From the IMG/VR virus record IMGVR_UViG_3300027963_002897, positions 1 through 62,162 of that record: DNA of 62,162 nt. One strand, 5' to 3'. The stretch is from a virus. Its lineage: Duplodnaviria; Caudoviricetes. The first letter of the stretch is position 1, and each line of letters opens with the position of its first letter. This document shows positions 35,411 to 43,906 of this stretch, in pieces. Below the pieces are notes generated by a model that ran no database searches, was not told the DNA's origin, and saw only the letters and a list, made by a program, of their open reading frames with translations. The position numbers were made by a program, and so were the translations under genes.

Positions 35411-35690
35411 AGTTTCCTTGTTTCATCCAATATTGAAATTCACCGCAGTTAGCAGCCATCCCTAATCGAACTTCAGCTAATCGCTTAATTTGATCGTCTG
35501 TACACTCAACTGTGGTTTCGCTGTTTACACGTTCACTATTTTGAGTCTTGATGGTTTGACTGGTATGGCAGTACTGTGGCTTTTGTGCCTGTACCTTTGG
35601 CGCTGACGAACATCCTGATAGTAATGATAATACACCCACCATTACAATTATCAATAGCCAAAGATATTCCTTGACGCGATATGGATGCAT
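35334..35690 (-). CDS. lipoprotein
   Basis: Lipobox LSGC, four further Cys. Confidence 0.7.
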   Translation of the reverse strand: MHPYRVKEYLWLLIIVMVGVLSLLSGCSSAPKVQAQKPQYCHTSQTIKTQNSERVNSETTVECTDDQIKRLAEVRLGMAANCGEFQYWMKQGNYDVQRKGISCQKPDGSWEIVNTAGR

Positions 35691-36163
35691 TATTGTTTTA
35701 CTTTCGCTTCTTCAATCAATTGATCAAATACCGCTTTCTTCATTTCAAGACGAACATAAGTGTAATGACGTCCACTCATTGTGAAATGACCTTTTTCGGA
35801 TTTTACATGACGGCGGATAGCAGTATCTTGAACTTTATACGAAATCAGTGTACGAGTAGTTTTCTTGTCGTCCTTGATATCGATAGTAGTTTCGCTATTA
35901 ACAGTACCGTTGATGCGTTTTGCAAAGTTGTTCATTGCAATTGCATCCATTTGTTCTTCTGCGGCTTGTGCATAAGATGATTCGCCTGCGCCACAAGCAT
36001 AGACATAATCTTCTTTCCACCAAAACCAACCTTTGACGCCTTCTTGAGCGCAATCCTGATACCAGCTTGGCTGAGCATAAGTTTTACGATCTTGAATGTC
36101 TTTCATTCCGGCGCAACCAACCAGTGCTGCCATTAGCGGAGCAATAAGTAGAGCCTTTTTCAT
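35690..36163 (-). CDS. lipoprotein, LPP20-like
   Basis: Lipobox LVGC, PSWY, GAGES. Confidence 0.7.
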   Translation of the reverse strand: MKKALLIAPLMAALVGCAGMKDIQDRKTYAQPSWYQDCAQEGVKGWFWWKEDYVYACGAGESSYAQAAEEQMDAIAMNNFAKRINGTVNSETTIDIKDDKKTTRTLISYKVQDTAIRRHVKSEKGHFTMSGRHYTYVRLEMKKAVFDQLIEEAKVKQ

Positions 36164-36202
36164 AATGTGCCTTTCTGTGTGTGAAATATTAACAACAACT
36201 AT

Positions 36203-36231
36203 AGTATAGCATCACCACTGTCCGAAGTCAA
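36203..36231 (-). promoter_or_regulatory. sigma70-type promoter
   Basis: TTGACT-17 nt-TATACT. Confidence 0.7.
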
Positions 36232-36248
36232 TGGTGATGTTTACCAAA

Positions 36249-36566
36249 TTATTTGAAGAAGATCAATGCCAACATTACTGACTGAACAATAAATCCAAAT
36301 CCAATAGTAATCAAGTTAAGCATGTCCTTTTGAACTGCGGCTTTGATAAAGAGCAAAGATAGAGCTGCCCAAACTAGCAGTACCAAATCAATTCCAGGAG
36401 CACGATCAGTTAATCCGCTCATGATTGCCAAAAATGTAGGAATAGTTGATGCATGTAATACCATTACAGCCATCCAACCCAACGTCTCGGAAGAGATGTG
36501 CGAGAACTTGTTTGCTACAAAATCTTTGAACTTCGTGATATCAAAATTAAAATTAAATTTTTCCAT
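36249..36566 (-). CDS. small 3-TM membrane protein
   Basis: Three hydrophobic helices; coupled to the hydrolase gene. Confidence 0.7.
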   Translation of the reverse strand: MEKFNFNFDITKFKDFVANKFSHISSETLGWMAVMVLHASTIPTFLAIMSGLTDRAPGIDLVLLVWAALSLLFIKAAVQKDMLNLITIGFGFIVQSVMLALIFFK

Positions 36567-37119
36567 TTTGCGAACTTACCTTTCCTCTGTAAAAAATATG
36601 GTTGCCAATCTTGCCTATCTTTTCAAAACCCCATCTTGGATTCACATAGTCTGCATGATAGTATAATGCATCTTTGAGAACATCAAGTTTGAAGCCTTCT
36701 AAAAGAACTTTTTTAGCAACAGCCATAGACTCGTCATAAGCCGCGGCATTTATTGGACGTGTTTTAGTAGCAGAATCGCAGAACCATGAGAACTGGCACA
36801 CAACTCTTTCCATTATAACACTCTTTTGATAAATTACCCCGCATACATCCGTGGCAAACTTGCCCGAATTAACGCGATTCATTACAACCTGTGCTACTGC
36901 AACTTTACCTTCGAAGGGCTCATAACCTGCTTCTCGATAAATGTTCATGGCCATACAATCAAGTTGTTTTTCGCGGGTTTTGATTGATACAACGTCGGAA
37001 GAATAAAGTCCACCATTATCCTTTAACAGCTGAAATTTTGTGGTAGTGATTGACTGTACTAATACAGCTACTACCATGATACCTATAAACATAGATATCA
37101 AACGTATAGTTCTATCCAT
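36553..37119 (-). CDS. cell wall hydrolase SleB/CwlJ (Hydrolase_2)
   Basis: N-terminal TM; CMAMNIYREA, AVAQVVMNRV, CQFSW, IGNHIFY. Confidence 0.92.
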   Translation of the reverse strand: MDRTIRLISMFIGIMVVAVLVQSITTTKFQLLKDNGGLYSSDVVSIKTREKQLDCMAMNIYREAGYEPFEGKVAVAQVVMNRVNSGKFATDVCGVIYQKSVIMERVVCQFSWFCDSATKTRPINAAAYDESMAVAKKVLLEGFKLDVLKDALYYHADYVNPRWGFEKIGKIGNHIFYRGKVSSQNGKI

Positions 37120-37134
37120 AGTGTTTTTCTCCTT

Positions 37135-37372
37135 TCACTTGGTGTGATCAAACAACAATCACATTACATTAAGGGAGTAAACTTCACGAGGCTCAATTAA
37201 AGAACCCTGGGTTCGTGTAGTTGTCTCCATTAGCCACCACAGCTCATAACTTGTGGTACCTTTGGCGAACTTGGCTTCCCGAATCTCACGGGTTTCTCAT
37301 TGGCCAAGACTCGCGGATCAGTATCAAAACTTGTTACTAACACTGACCTACTATCTTGTTTCTTTGCGAAAC
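37135..37372 (-). ncRNA. putative structured 5' leader of the cell wall hydrolase
   Basis: ORF-free ~240 nt with five or more hairpins ending next to the AAGGAG SD. Confidence 0.5.
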
Positions 37373-37419
37373 GTATAATATATAGTCGATAAATTGGATT
37401 CATATACTAAAATATGGCT

Positions 37420-37812
37420 CTAACGTCTCATTTTGGAAATATCTACAGCTTGTTCACTGCTAAACACCGGTACCGCATTACTTTTATGCATAGTAGCAAT
37501 TCCCTTTACCATAGTTCCTGTATAAACTTTAGGTGCTGGCATTGTACAAGCCCCGCCTGTAAATGGCAAACTTGGGTGTTTGACATCAGTACCAAAACGT
37601 GAATATGGTTTATTATCTGGTTTCCAAACTTCGGCAGTCAGAGCACGTTTGCGTTTCTTTTCTTCTGCTTCAATGCCCCAACGCTTCATAAACTCTTTCC
37701 AAGATTCTTCCTGTTCGCGAGCTTTGCGGGCGTGATCTGCTGAAGCAAATTTTTTCTTACCCTTTTTCTTGCCTGTGGTTGAAAGCCACGGACCTTCTAA
37801 GTGCATACTCAA
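37420..37812 (-). CDS. T4-like phage hypothetical protein
   Basis: YTG...KGIATMHKSNAVPVF...DISKMRR; TTG start with AGGAG SD. Confidence 0.8.
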   Translation of the reverse strand: MSMHLEGPWLSTTGKKKGKKKFASADHARKAREQEESWKEFMKRWGIEAEEKKRKRALTAEVWKPDNKPYSRFGTDVKHPSLPFTGGACTMPAPKVYTGTMVKGIATMHKSNAVPVFSSEQAVDISKMRR

Positions 37813-37864
37813 AATAGACTCCTAACTTGTTTACTATAGAACTATTATACAGTCTTTTGTTAAA

Positions 37865-38152
37865 TTAGTCAACCACTGCGTAGATCTCGTCTTCTCGTAG
37901 AACCAAAAGATCTTCACCTTCAATTTTAACAGCTAACCCTGCATTTGGATAATACATCACTGTGTCATCGGCCTTGACTGCTATAGGAATAACCACTCCT
38001 TCTTTGGTTGTTCGTCCTTCACCGACTCGCAACACCAGTCCTTTTGGAGTATGAACATCATCACCTGTAAGCACAACTAGTCCACCTGCAGTTGTTCTAT
38101 CACTTTCAATTTTTCTAATTATTACACGGTCGCCCAAAACTGATACAATCAT
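37865..38152 (-). CDS. groES: co-chaperonin GroES
   Basis: LGDRVII, TAGGL mobile loop, VGEG, LREDEI. Confidence 0.88.
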   Translation of the reverse strand: MIVSVLGDRVIIRKIESDRTTAGGLVVLTGDDVHTPKGLVLRVGEGRTTKEGVVIPIAVKADDTVMYYPNAGLAVKIEGEDLLVLREDEIYAVVD

Positions 38153-38162
38153 ATATTTTCCT

Positions 38163-38573
38163 TTATTTTGTTTTATTGGCTAATTCTTTATAACCATTAT
38201 AAGTCGGATGAACTGTATCCGAACTGCGTTCAACTCCTCGAGCATCGATAACCCAGTCGTTGTATTTTCGAGCAACTTCCCAAACTGCCTTGCGTTTTGT
38301 TTCTTTAATGTTTGGAATGATCCAATAAACTCGATCGGCAGTGACCAGTTGTCGCAATGTATCCAATTCTTCAAATGTGTTGATTTTTTCAGTGTCATTG
38401 CTGCCTAGACTGATGATAACATTCTTTGCTGCGGTAGCACCTTTGGTATAGAACACATGCCTATTAACATAGTCGTAACTGTTGATACCCGATTTAGCAT
38501 AGGTTACACATTCCTTACGGATCTGACCTACGCCTACTGCAAGGCTGTCGCCTAGAATCAAACATTCTAACAT
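38163..38573 (-). CDS. SGNH/GDSL hydrolase
   Basis: GDSL, LGSND, DTVHP; start reset to ATG with GGAGG SD. Confidence 0.85.
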   Translation of the reverse strand: MLECLILGDSLAVGVGQIRKECVTYAKSGINSYDYVNRHVFYTKGATAAKNVIISLGSNDTEKINTFEELDTLRQLVTADRVYWIIPNIKETKRKAVWEVARKYNDWVIDARGVERSSDTVHPTYNGYKELANKTK

Positions 38574-38604
38574 TAGTCCTCCGAAAATTTCAATCATAAA
38601 ACAT

Positions 38605-38633
38605 ATTATAGCATCGTTATAAATTTTAGTCAA
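38605..38633 (-). promoter_or_regulatory. sigma70-type promoter
   Basis: TTGACT-17 nt-TATAAT. Confidence 0.75.
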
Positions 38634-38634
38634 G

Positions 38635-38659
38635 AAAAAGCCCACCGAAGTGGGCCTTT
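38635..38659 (-). terminator. intrinsic terminator of pqqA
   Basis: GCCCAC TTCG GTGGGC TTTTT. Confidence 0.8.
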
Positions 38660-38676
38660 AATATGTTAAGAACAAA

Positions 38677-38748
38677 TTACTTGTTCATTACATACATAGT
38701 TACTTCAAAACCAAAGCGCATTTCTGTAGCTGCTGGTGTTGTCCACAT
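38677..38748 (-). CDS. pqqA: pyrroloquinoline quinone precursor peptide (23 aa, not in ORF track)
   Basis: MWTTPAATEMRFGFEVTMYVMNK*, W-x-x-P and E-x-x-x-Y core, GAGGAG SD, own terminator. Confidence 0.92.
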   Translation of the reverse strand: MWTTPAATEMRFGFEVTMYVMNK

Positions 38749-38973
38749 AGTATTTCTCCTCGTTTATAAAAGTCTTGCAGTTTATAAACTCATATCAGTG
38801 GAGATATCGATCGTTTGATAAAGGTCCACCTTGAGGCCTATTAGTACTACGGCAACGGTTGTCTGTTGTCCTTAGTACTTATATATTATTATATGACAAC
38901 CCCACCTAAAAGTCATACGTAAAATCATTAAAAGGAGTTAGTGGTAGTACTGGTTACGGATTCCAGCGATACC

Positions 38974-39984
38974 TTATCTTGTACCCGATTTTTCTATTAA
39001 GTTGTCTTTAAATATTTGCCAAGCACGTTCCCAAGTCCAACGACTGCTGCCTTCTAATACTCGATTACGGTCAAGTAACAATGCAGAGTCAACGGCCTGC
39101 TTTAGATCTTCGTTCATACAGCCAGTAATACCTTCATCCACTACATCTAATGGACCTTGGCATGGATATGCAGCCACTGGAGTGCCACAGGCCATGGCTT
39201 CAATCATGACTAGTCCGAACGTTTCCCAACGACTAGGGAACACAAAGCAATCTGCCATGGCAAAGTATTTGGCTAGTTCTTCACCACGCTTGGCTCCTAC
39301 AAATTTTACATCAGGATACTGTGCCTTATACTCTTCCAGCATAGGACCATCGCCTACCATGAACTTGACACCCTCGTAAGGCATTTCAAAAAACGCTTCT
39401 AAGTTCTTTTCTTTACTTACACGGCTAACGCATACTAATATAGGACCATTTACCACTGTGCCAGTACGCTGACTTGGATTAAATATAGCACGGTCAACAC
39501 CGCGTGTCCATGGAATAACATCTCCATCGAATCCGTGGGCTTGTAATTCTTTAACCATGGTGTCGGTAGTGGTCAACACCTTGCCTGCGTGTTTGTGGAA
39601 CCAGCGTACTAGAGGCCAAGTAAGTGCCTCAGGGATTCCAAATAGGGCTCTAAGTCCTTCAGGGAACTTAGTATGATAAGCAGTATTGTACCGAAGATTA
39701 TGTTTTGAAAGATATTTTCTAGCAGACAGACCAACAGGACCCTCTGTGGCAATATGGTAATAATCCGCACCTGCCGCCTCAATCTTCTTGCCCATCTGCC
39801 TGGTAAGGGCAATCTTGACTTCGTTGTAGCCAGGACAATCAAAGTAGCGGAAGTCCCCGGGAGTAATGTAAACAACGCTATAACCATCCAGAACCGCACA
39901 AGCCTCGATGTTTTTGTAAGTTGTGACAACGCCATTGATCTGCTCCGGTAAGTTATCTGTAATAATTAAAATCTTTTTTGTCAT
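38974..39984 (-). CDS. GT4 glycosyltransferase (Agt-like)
   Basis: INGVVTT, HIATEGPVG, YHTKFPE, SRVSKEKN, ETFGLVMIEA. Confidence 0.9.
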   Translation of the reverse strand: MTKKILIITDNLPEQINGVVTTYKNIEACAVLDGYSVVYITPGDFRYFDCPGYNEVKIALTRQMGKKIEAAGADYYHIATEGPVGLSARKYLSKHNLRYNTAYHTKFPEGLRALFGIPEALTWPLVRWFHKHAGKVLTTTDTMVKELQAHGFDGDVIPWTRGVDRAIFNPSQRTGTVVNGPILVCVSRVSKEKNLEAFFEMPYEGVKFMVGDGPMLEEYKAQYPDVKFVGAKRGEELAKYFAMADCFVFPSRWETFGLVMIEAMACGTPVAAYPCQGPLDVVDEGITGCMNEDLKQAVDSALLLDRNRVLEGSSRWTWERAWQIFKDNLIEKSGTR

Positions 39985-40871
39985 TGAATCTTTAACTTTA
40001 TAAAATCTACAATACGCTGTGCCATATCCTGCCCACAGTACCGGTCCATACCTTCAAATCCTGGACTTGAATTAGCTTCACATATCTTGTAGCCGTCCTT
40101 ATCAAACAACAAGTCAACTCCTGCTATTTGTAGACCTAGCACACGAGCTGTTTCTCTTGCAAGATAATCCACTTCGTCTGTTATCTCAAACAGTTCAGCA
40201 GTGCCGCCTTGACTGATGTTGGCACGAAAATCGCCCTCAACACCTATACGTTTCATTGCCACTACACTTTTGCCACCAATGACCCACACACGCAGATCAG
40301 TACCAGGCTGTGCATCCACAAACTCCTGTATGATCATGGTTTTCTTTAGGCTGATACTGCTCAACAAACTCATAAGGCTTACAAAGTCTTTTTTGGTTTG
40401 GCATAGGTGTACTGTCTTGCCTTTGCTACCGCTGGTGGCTTTGACCACACAGGGAAACCCTATTTCTTTTTCAATAAGCTCGATGTCAACATCACCGTTG
40501 ACCAGTATGGTTTTTGGGATTGGCAAGTTCTCTTTGACCAACAACTGGCTGGTTAGTAACTTGTCTGATACACGACTTATGCTGTCGGCATCGTTGATCA
40601 CAGGTATACCAAACTTTTCAATTTGACGCATTACCGAACGTGTAAAATAGTTGGTGCCTGCACCTGTTCTGCTTAAGACTAGGTCAGGTAATTCAATTTT
40701 TTCGCCTTTGTATCGTATACTCTTGGCACTGCTACGACTGACAATAATGTCAAAATATTTGGGTTCAAGAACTTGTCCACGCAAGCCGTTCTTTTTTAAA
40801 CATGCCAATAATTGTTGATTTTCGTATGCATCAATATTTGAAGCATAGTGCAATATCCATACTTGTTTCAT
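39981..40871 (-). CDS. RimK-family ATP-grasp ligase
   Basis: DKLL, IPKT, GFPCVVK, IIQEF, DLRV, FRANISQGG, EANSSPG. Confidence 0.9.
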   Translation of the reverse strand: MKQVWILHYASNIDAYENQQLLACLKKNGLRGQVLEPKYFDIIVSRSSAKSIRYKGEKIELPDLVLSRTGAGTNYFTRSVMRQIEKFGIPVINDADSISRVSDKLLTSQLLVKENLPIPKTILVNGDVDIELIEKEIGFPCVVKATSGSKGKTVHLCQTKKDFVSLMSLLSSISLKKTMIIQEFVDAQPGTDLRVWVIGGKSVVAMKRIGVEGDFRANISQGGTAELFEITDEVDYLARETARVLGLQIAGVDLLFDKDGYKICEANSSPGFEGMDRYCGQDMAQRIVDFIKLKIQ

Positions 40872-41023
40872 TACTCAGCCGTTTCTTCAAAGTTTTCGTC
40901 GATTTCTAAATCAAAATCTTCAGGTAGGTCTTCTTCGTCTATGGGTGCTACTACTTCAGTCTGAGTAGGTGGGTTAAAAGCACTGAACCAAGCCAACGGA
41001 TTGAAAATATTAAACCACATCAT
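40871..41023 (-). CDS. small acidic peptide (50 aa, not in ORF track)
   Basis: MMWFNIFNPLAWFSAFNPPTQTEVVAPIDEEDLPEDFDLEIDENFEETAE*, AGGAG SD, TAATG overlap with the RimK gene. Confidence 0.65.
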   Translation of the reverse strand: MMWFNIFNPLAWFSAFNPPTQTEVVAPIDEEDLPEDFDLEIDENFEETAE

Positions 41024-41771
41024 CTTTCTCCTTTGTCCATGTAATTATCTCCCAGACTCCATCATGGTGCTCAACTAAGGCTGTGCATGACTCTACCCAA
41101 TCCCCGTCATTCATATAGATGATGCCGTCTATGGTTTTTATTTCAGCGTGATGAATGTGTCCACATATCACACCATCATAGCCACGCTTCTTGCAGTAGC
41201 CTGCTAGATTTTTTTCGAATTGAAACATAAAGTCACTGGCCTTCTTGACTCTATGCTTGAGATATTTACTAAGGCTCCAGTACCCGAAGCCTAATTTATG
41301 TCGTATCCAATTAAACTTGCTGTTCCAGTCTAACACTAGGTCGTATAACTTATCACCCAGAAATGCAAGCCAAGGAGCAAGACGAGTAATACCGTCAAAT
41401 AAATCACCATGTGTAACCAAATAGTGTTTGCCATCTGCACCTATATGTTCTGTTTGATTTTGTATCTCAATAAGACCAAATGAAAAACCATAAGGTATCA
41501 TTGGTCTTAAGAATTCGTCGTGATTGCCGGCGACGAATACCACTCGTGTGCCACGCTTGGCGTGTCCTAGTACACGGCGTACTACGTTGGTGTGCGATTG
41601 TTTCCAACGCCATTTGTTTTGTTGGATCTTCCAGGCATCAATGATATCACCAACGAGGTAGAGAGTGTCGCATGAATTATGCTTGAGAAAATTATTGAGC
41701 TGTTCCGCCTTGCAGTCTTTTGTACCTAAGTGGACGTCACTCACAAAAATACTACGGTAAGTTTTTTGCAT
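41010..41771 (-). CDS. LpxH-like metallophosphoesterase, PlcP phospholipase C-like
   Basis: SDVHLG, GDIID, GNHD, HGD, GHIH, NDGDWVESCTAL. Confidence 0.88.
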   Translation of the reverse strand: MQKTYRSIFVSDVHLGTKDCKAEQLNNFLKHNSCDTLYLVGDIIDAWKIQQNKWRWKQSHTNVVRRVLGHAKRGTRVVFVAGNHDEFLRPMIPYGFSFGLIEIQNQTEHIGADGKHYLVTHGDLFDGITRLAPWLAFLGDKLYDLVLDWNSKFNWIRHKLGFGYWSLSKYLKHRVKKASDFMFQFEKNLAGYCKKRGYDGVICGHIHHAEIKTIDGIIYMNDGDWVESCTALVEHHDGVWEIITWTKEKDDVV

Positions 41772-41823
41772 AGCAATATTTACCGTAGTATCGCTGTTTA
41801 AAGATTACGTTTGTGTTACGAAA

Positions 41824-41982
41824 CTAAATCCTTACTAGTACCCACTTAGCTGTAAATGGTTTACCTTCGGCCTTATGTTTCAGTATCTTAGCGAACTCTT
41901 TTTTACGAAGTTCGGAAACCGTTTCTGTATCATGGTCGACGCAAGCCCTGTACAGTTTAGCTAATAGCTTTTTCTGTTTCAT
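41824..41982 (-). CDS. small basic protein (52 aa, not in ORF track)
   Basis: MKQKKLLAKLYRAC..., AGGAGG SD. Confidence 0.6.
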   Translation of the reverse strand: MKQKKLLAKLYRACVDHDTETVSELRKKEFAKILKHKAEGKPFTAKWVLVRI

Positions 41983-42006
41983 GGTTGTGTCCTCCTTATA
42001 CTTTAT

Positions 42007-42513
42007 TTAACTGTTTAATACCTTTGCAACACTATTCATTACACTGGCAATACGACCAATGTCACGAAGCTGTTCTACTGTGTAGCCTTCTGTCTTTAGA
42101 GTTTCGTAATGTGCTTTAACACAGAAATGACACTTGCCCACAATACTAGCTGCCAAACTAAATGCTTCAAAGTTTGATTTAGTAGTTCCACCGTGACTAG
42201 CAATAGCATTCATACGTAAGCCAGCTGGTAGGCCTTTTAGAGCAGGATCATCAGCCATTTCGACATATGGATACCATACATTGTTCTGTGCCATAATGCT
42301 TGCGGCAGTCATTGCTGACTCTGCATACACCGGAGCATCTGCTAACAAGATGCTTAATACCTTACCGTTACCAGTTGCAGCCAATGCGGCTACAGCACAA
42401 CCCATAGCAACATCAGCATCTAATGTACTACGCAAAAGAACAGCATCAAGATTTAACTTGGTGTCCTTTGCGTAGTCTGGCAACGCTTCTTTGATAGCGT
42501 CATTGAATGCCAT
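42007..42513 (-). CDS. ahpD: alkyl hydroperoxide reductase AhpD
   Basis: LPDYAKD, MAQNNVWY, CHFCVKAH. Confidence 0.92.
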   Translation of the reverse strand: MAFNDAIKEALPDYAKDTKLNLDAVLLRSTLDADVAMGCAVAALAATGNGKVLSILLADAPVYAESAMTAASIMAQNNVWYPYVEMADDPALKGLPAGLRMNAIASHGGTTKSNFEAFSLAASIVGKCHFCVKAHYETLKTEGYTVEQLRDIGRIASVMNSVAKVLNS

Positions 42514-43070
42514 TATAGTGTCTCTCCACCAACTGTACGGTTACAAGCGCAAAGCTCGCCAGTTTGTAGCGCATCTAATACACGAAGTGTTTCTTCTGGG
42601 CTACGACCAACGTTCAAGTTGTTAACAGTTACGTGTTGGATAACGTTCTCTGGATCAACGATGAATGTTGCGCGAAGTGCGGCACCTGCTGGAGCGTAGA
42701 ACACACCAAGCTGTTCGATCAAGCTCAAGTTGTCGCCAGTTTCTGGATTGTAACGCTGTGTGTCAGCAAATTGTGTGTGAGTAATTTTCTTTAAATCAGC
42801 GTGGGCATTTTGCCAGCTAACTTTACAGAACTCGTTGTCTGTTGAACCTGTGAGCAATACAGCGTCACGGTCAGCAAAGTCACCTGCTAGTTTGTCATAG
42901 GCTACAATTTCTGTAGGGCAAACGAATGTGAAATCCTTTGGATAGTAAACGATTACTTTCCACTTGCCAGCAAATGACTCATCTGTAATTTCAAAGAAAG
43001 CATCTTCTGGCTGTCCTGGCTTAACTCCAGTAACTGCGAATTTTTCTAATTTATGTCCAACTGTTTTCAT
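42513..43070 (-). CDS. ahpC: peroxiredoxin AhpC
   Basis: YPKDFTFVCPTEI, GR, ELCAC. Confidence 0.95.
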   Translation of the reverse strand: MKTVGHKLEKFAVTGVKPGQPEDAFFEITDESFAGKWKVIVYYPKDFTFVCPTEIVAYDKLAGDFADRDAVLLTGSTDNEFCKVSWQNAHADLKKITHTQFADTQRYNPETGDNLSLIEQLGVFYAPAGAALRATFIVDPENVIQHVTVNNLNVGRSPEETLRVLDALQTGELCACNRTVGGETL

Positions 43071-43204
43071 ATCTTCTCCTTGTGTGTGTTGAAAACTTCT
43101 ACAACTCTGTGTTGTATGTGTATATTATATATCCTATTAAAAACTAAAATCAATAGGTTTTTGCAATAATTATTTCTATAACGCTAATTGAAAAAATCAA
43201 TAAC

Positions 43205-43227
43205 AAAAGGACCCGAAGGTCCTTTTT
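43205..43227 (-). terminator. intrinsic terminator
   Basis: AGGACC TTCG GGTCCT TTT. Confidence 0.75.
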
Positions 43228-43247
43228 GTGTTTTGAATCTAATTAGA

Positions 43248-43808
43248 TTAGAAACGATGGATGTATCCAACTTTAGTGATGTTTTGCTCACTGTCGCCAC
43301 GTTGTTGATCGTAACCAACATAGACAGTGCTTGTCTTGTTTAGGTCGTAACCTAACTTGCTGCGCCATGTGCGAGTTGTATCATTACGATTGTCACTGAA
43401 TGTATCTTGGAAACGATATCCAACACTCAATGCCAAACCTGGCACAAATGTAATTGGAGCAACAACACCTGGCTCAACTGAATAGTAGCTGTAACCACTT
43501 GCACCGCTAACAAACTTTTCACCAACTGCTACGCGAGTGTAAGCAGAAACTGGACCAACTGGAACAGCGCCTGTTAAACCTGCTTCATAGCGGGTGGACA
43601 AAACGTTAGTATTGTCAGTGCGATAGTTTTTGACTACGATATCACCTGCAAAGTTTTTATTAATTGATTCTTTTACTCCCAATTCATAAACTCTTTGATC
43701 TGCGGTGGTTCCTTGGCCATTGGCATTTTGAGCTTCGATACGAACCTCTGCCGCTGTTGCTGTAAATGCTGCCAGCGCCAAGATAGTCGCTAATGTAATT
43801 TTCTTCAT
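43248..43808 (-). CDS. outer membrane beta-barrel protein
   Basis: Signal peptide, alternating beta strands, terminal Y-x-x-x-F. Confidence 0.8.
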   Translation of the reverse strand: MKKITLATILALAAFTATAAEVRIEAQNANGQGTTADQRVYELGVKESINKNFAGDIVVKNYRTDNTNVLSTRYEAGLTGAVPVGPVSAYTRVAVGEKFVSGASGYSYYSVEPGVVAPITFVPGLALSVGYRFQDTFSDNRNDTTRTWRSKLGYDLNKTSTVYVGYDQQRGDSEQNITKVGYIHRF

Positions 43809-43879
43809 TTTTAATTCCTTTTATAATAATGACTTAACGTCATTAAACAGTATATAGCGTATTGCTGATAAAAGTCAAG

Positions 43880-43906
43880 AAAAAGCGGCATTTTAAGCCG
43901 CTTTTT
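43880..43906 (-). terminator. terminator of the tmRNA gene
   Basis: AAAAAGCGGC-loop-GCCGCTTTTT. Confidence 0.8.

Noticed and set aside
37135-37372. Assignment as c-di-AMP (ydaO), c-di-GMP-I or glutamine riboswitch, or RNase P RNA
   Set aside because: Only fragments resemble these consensuses and the core motifs were not found by eye; kept as an unassigned leader
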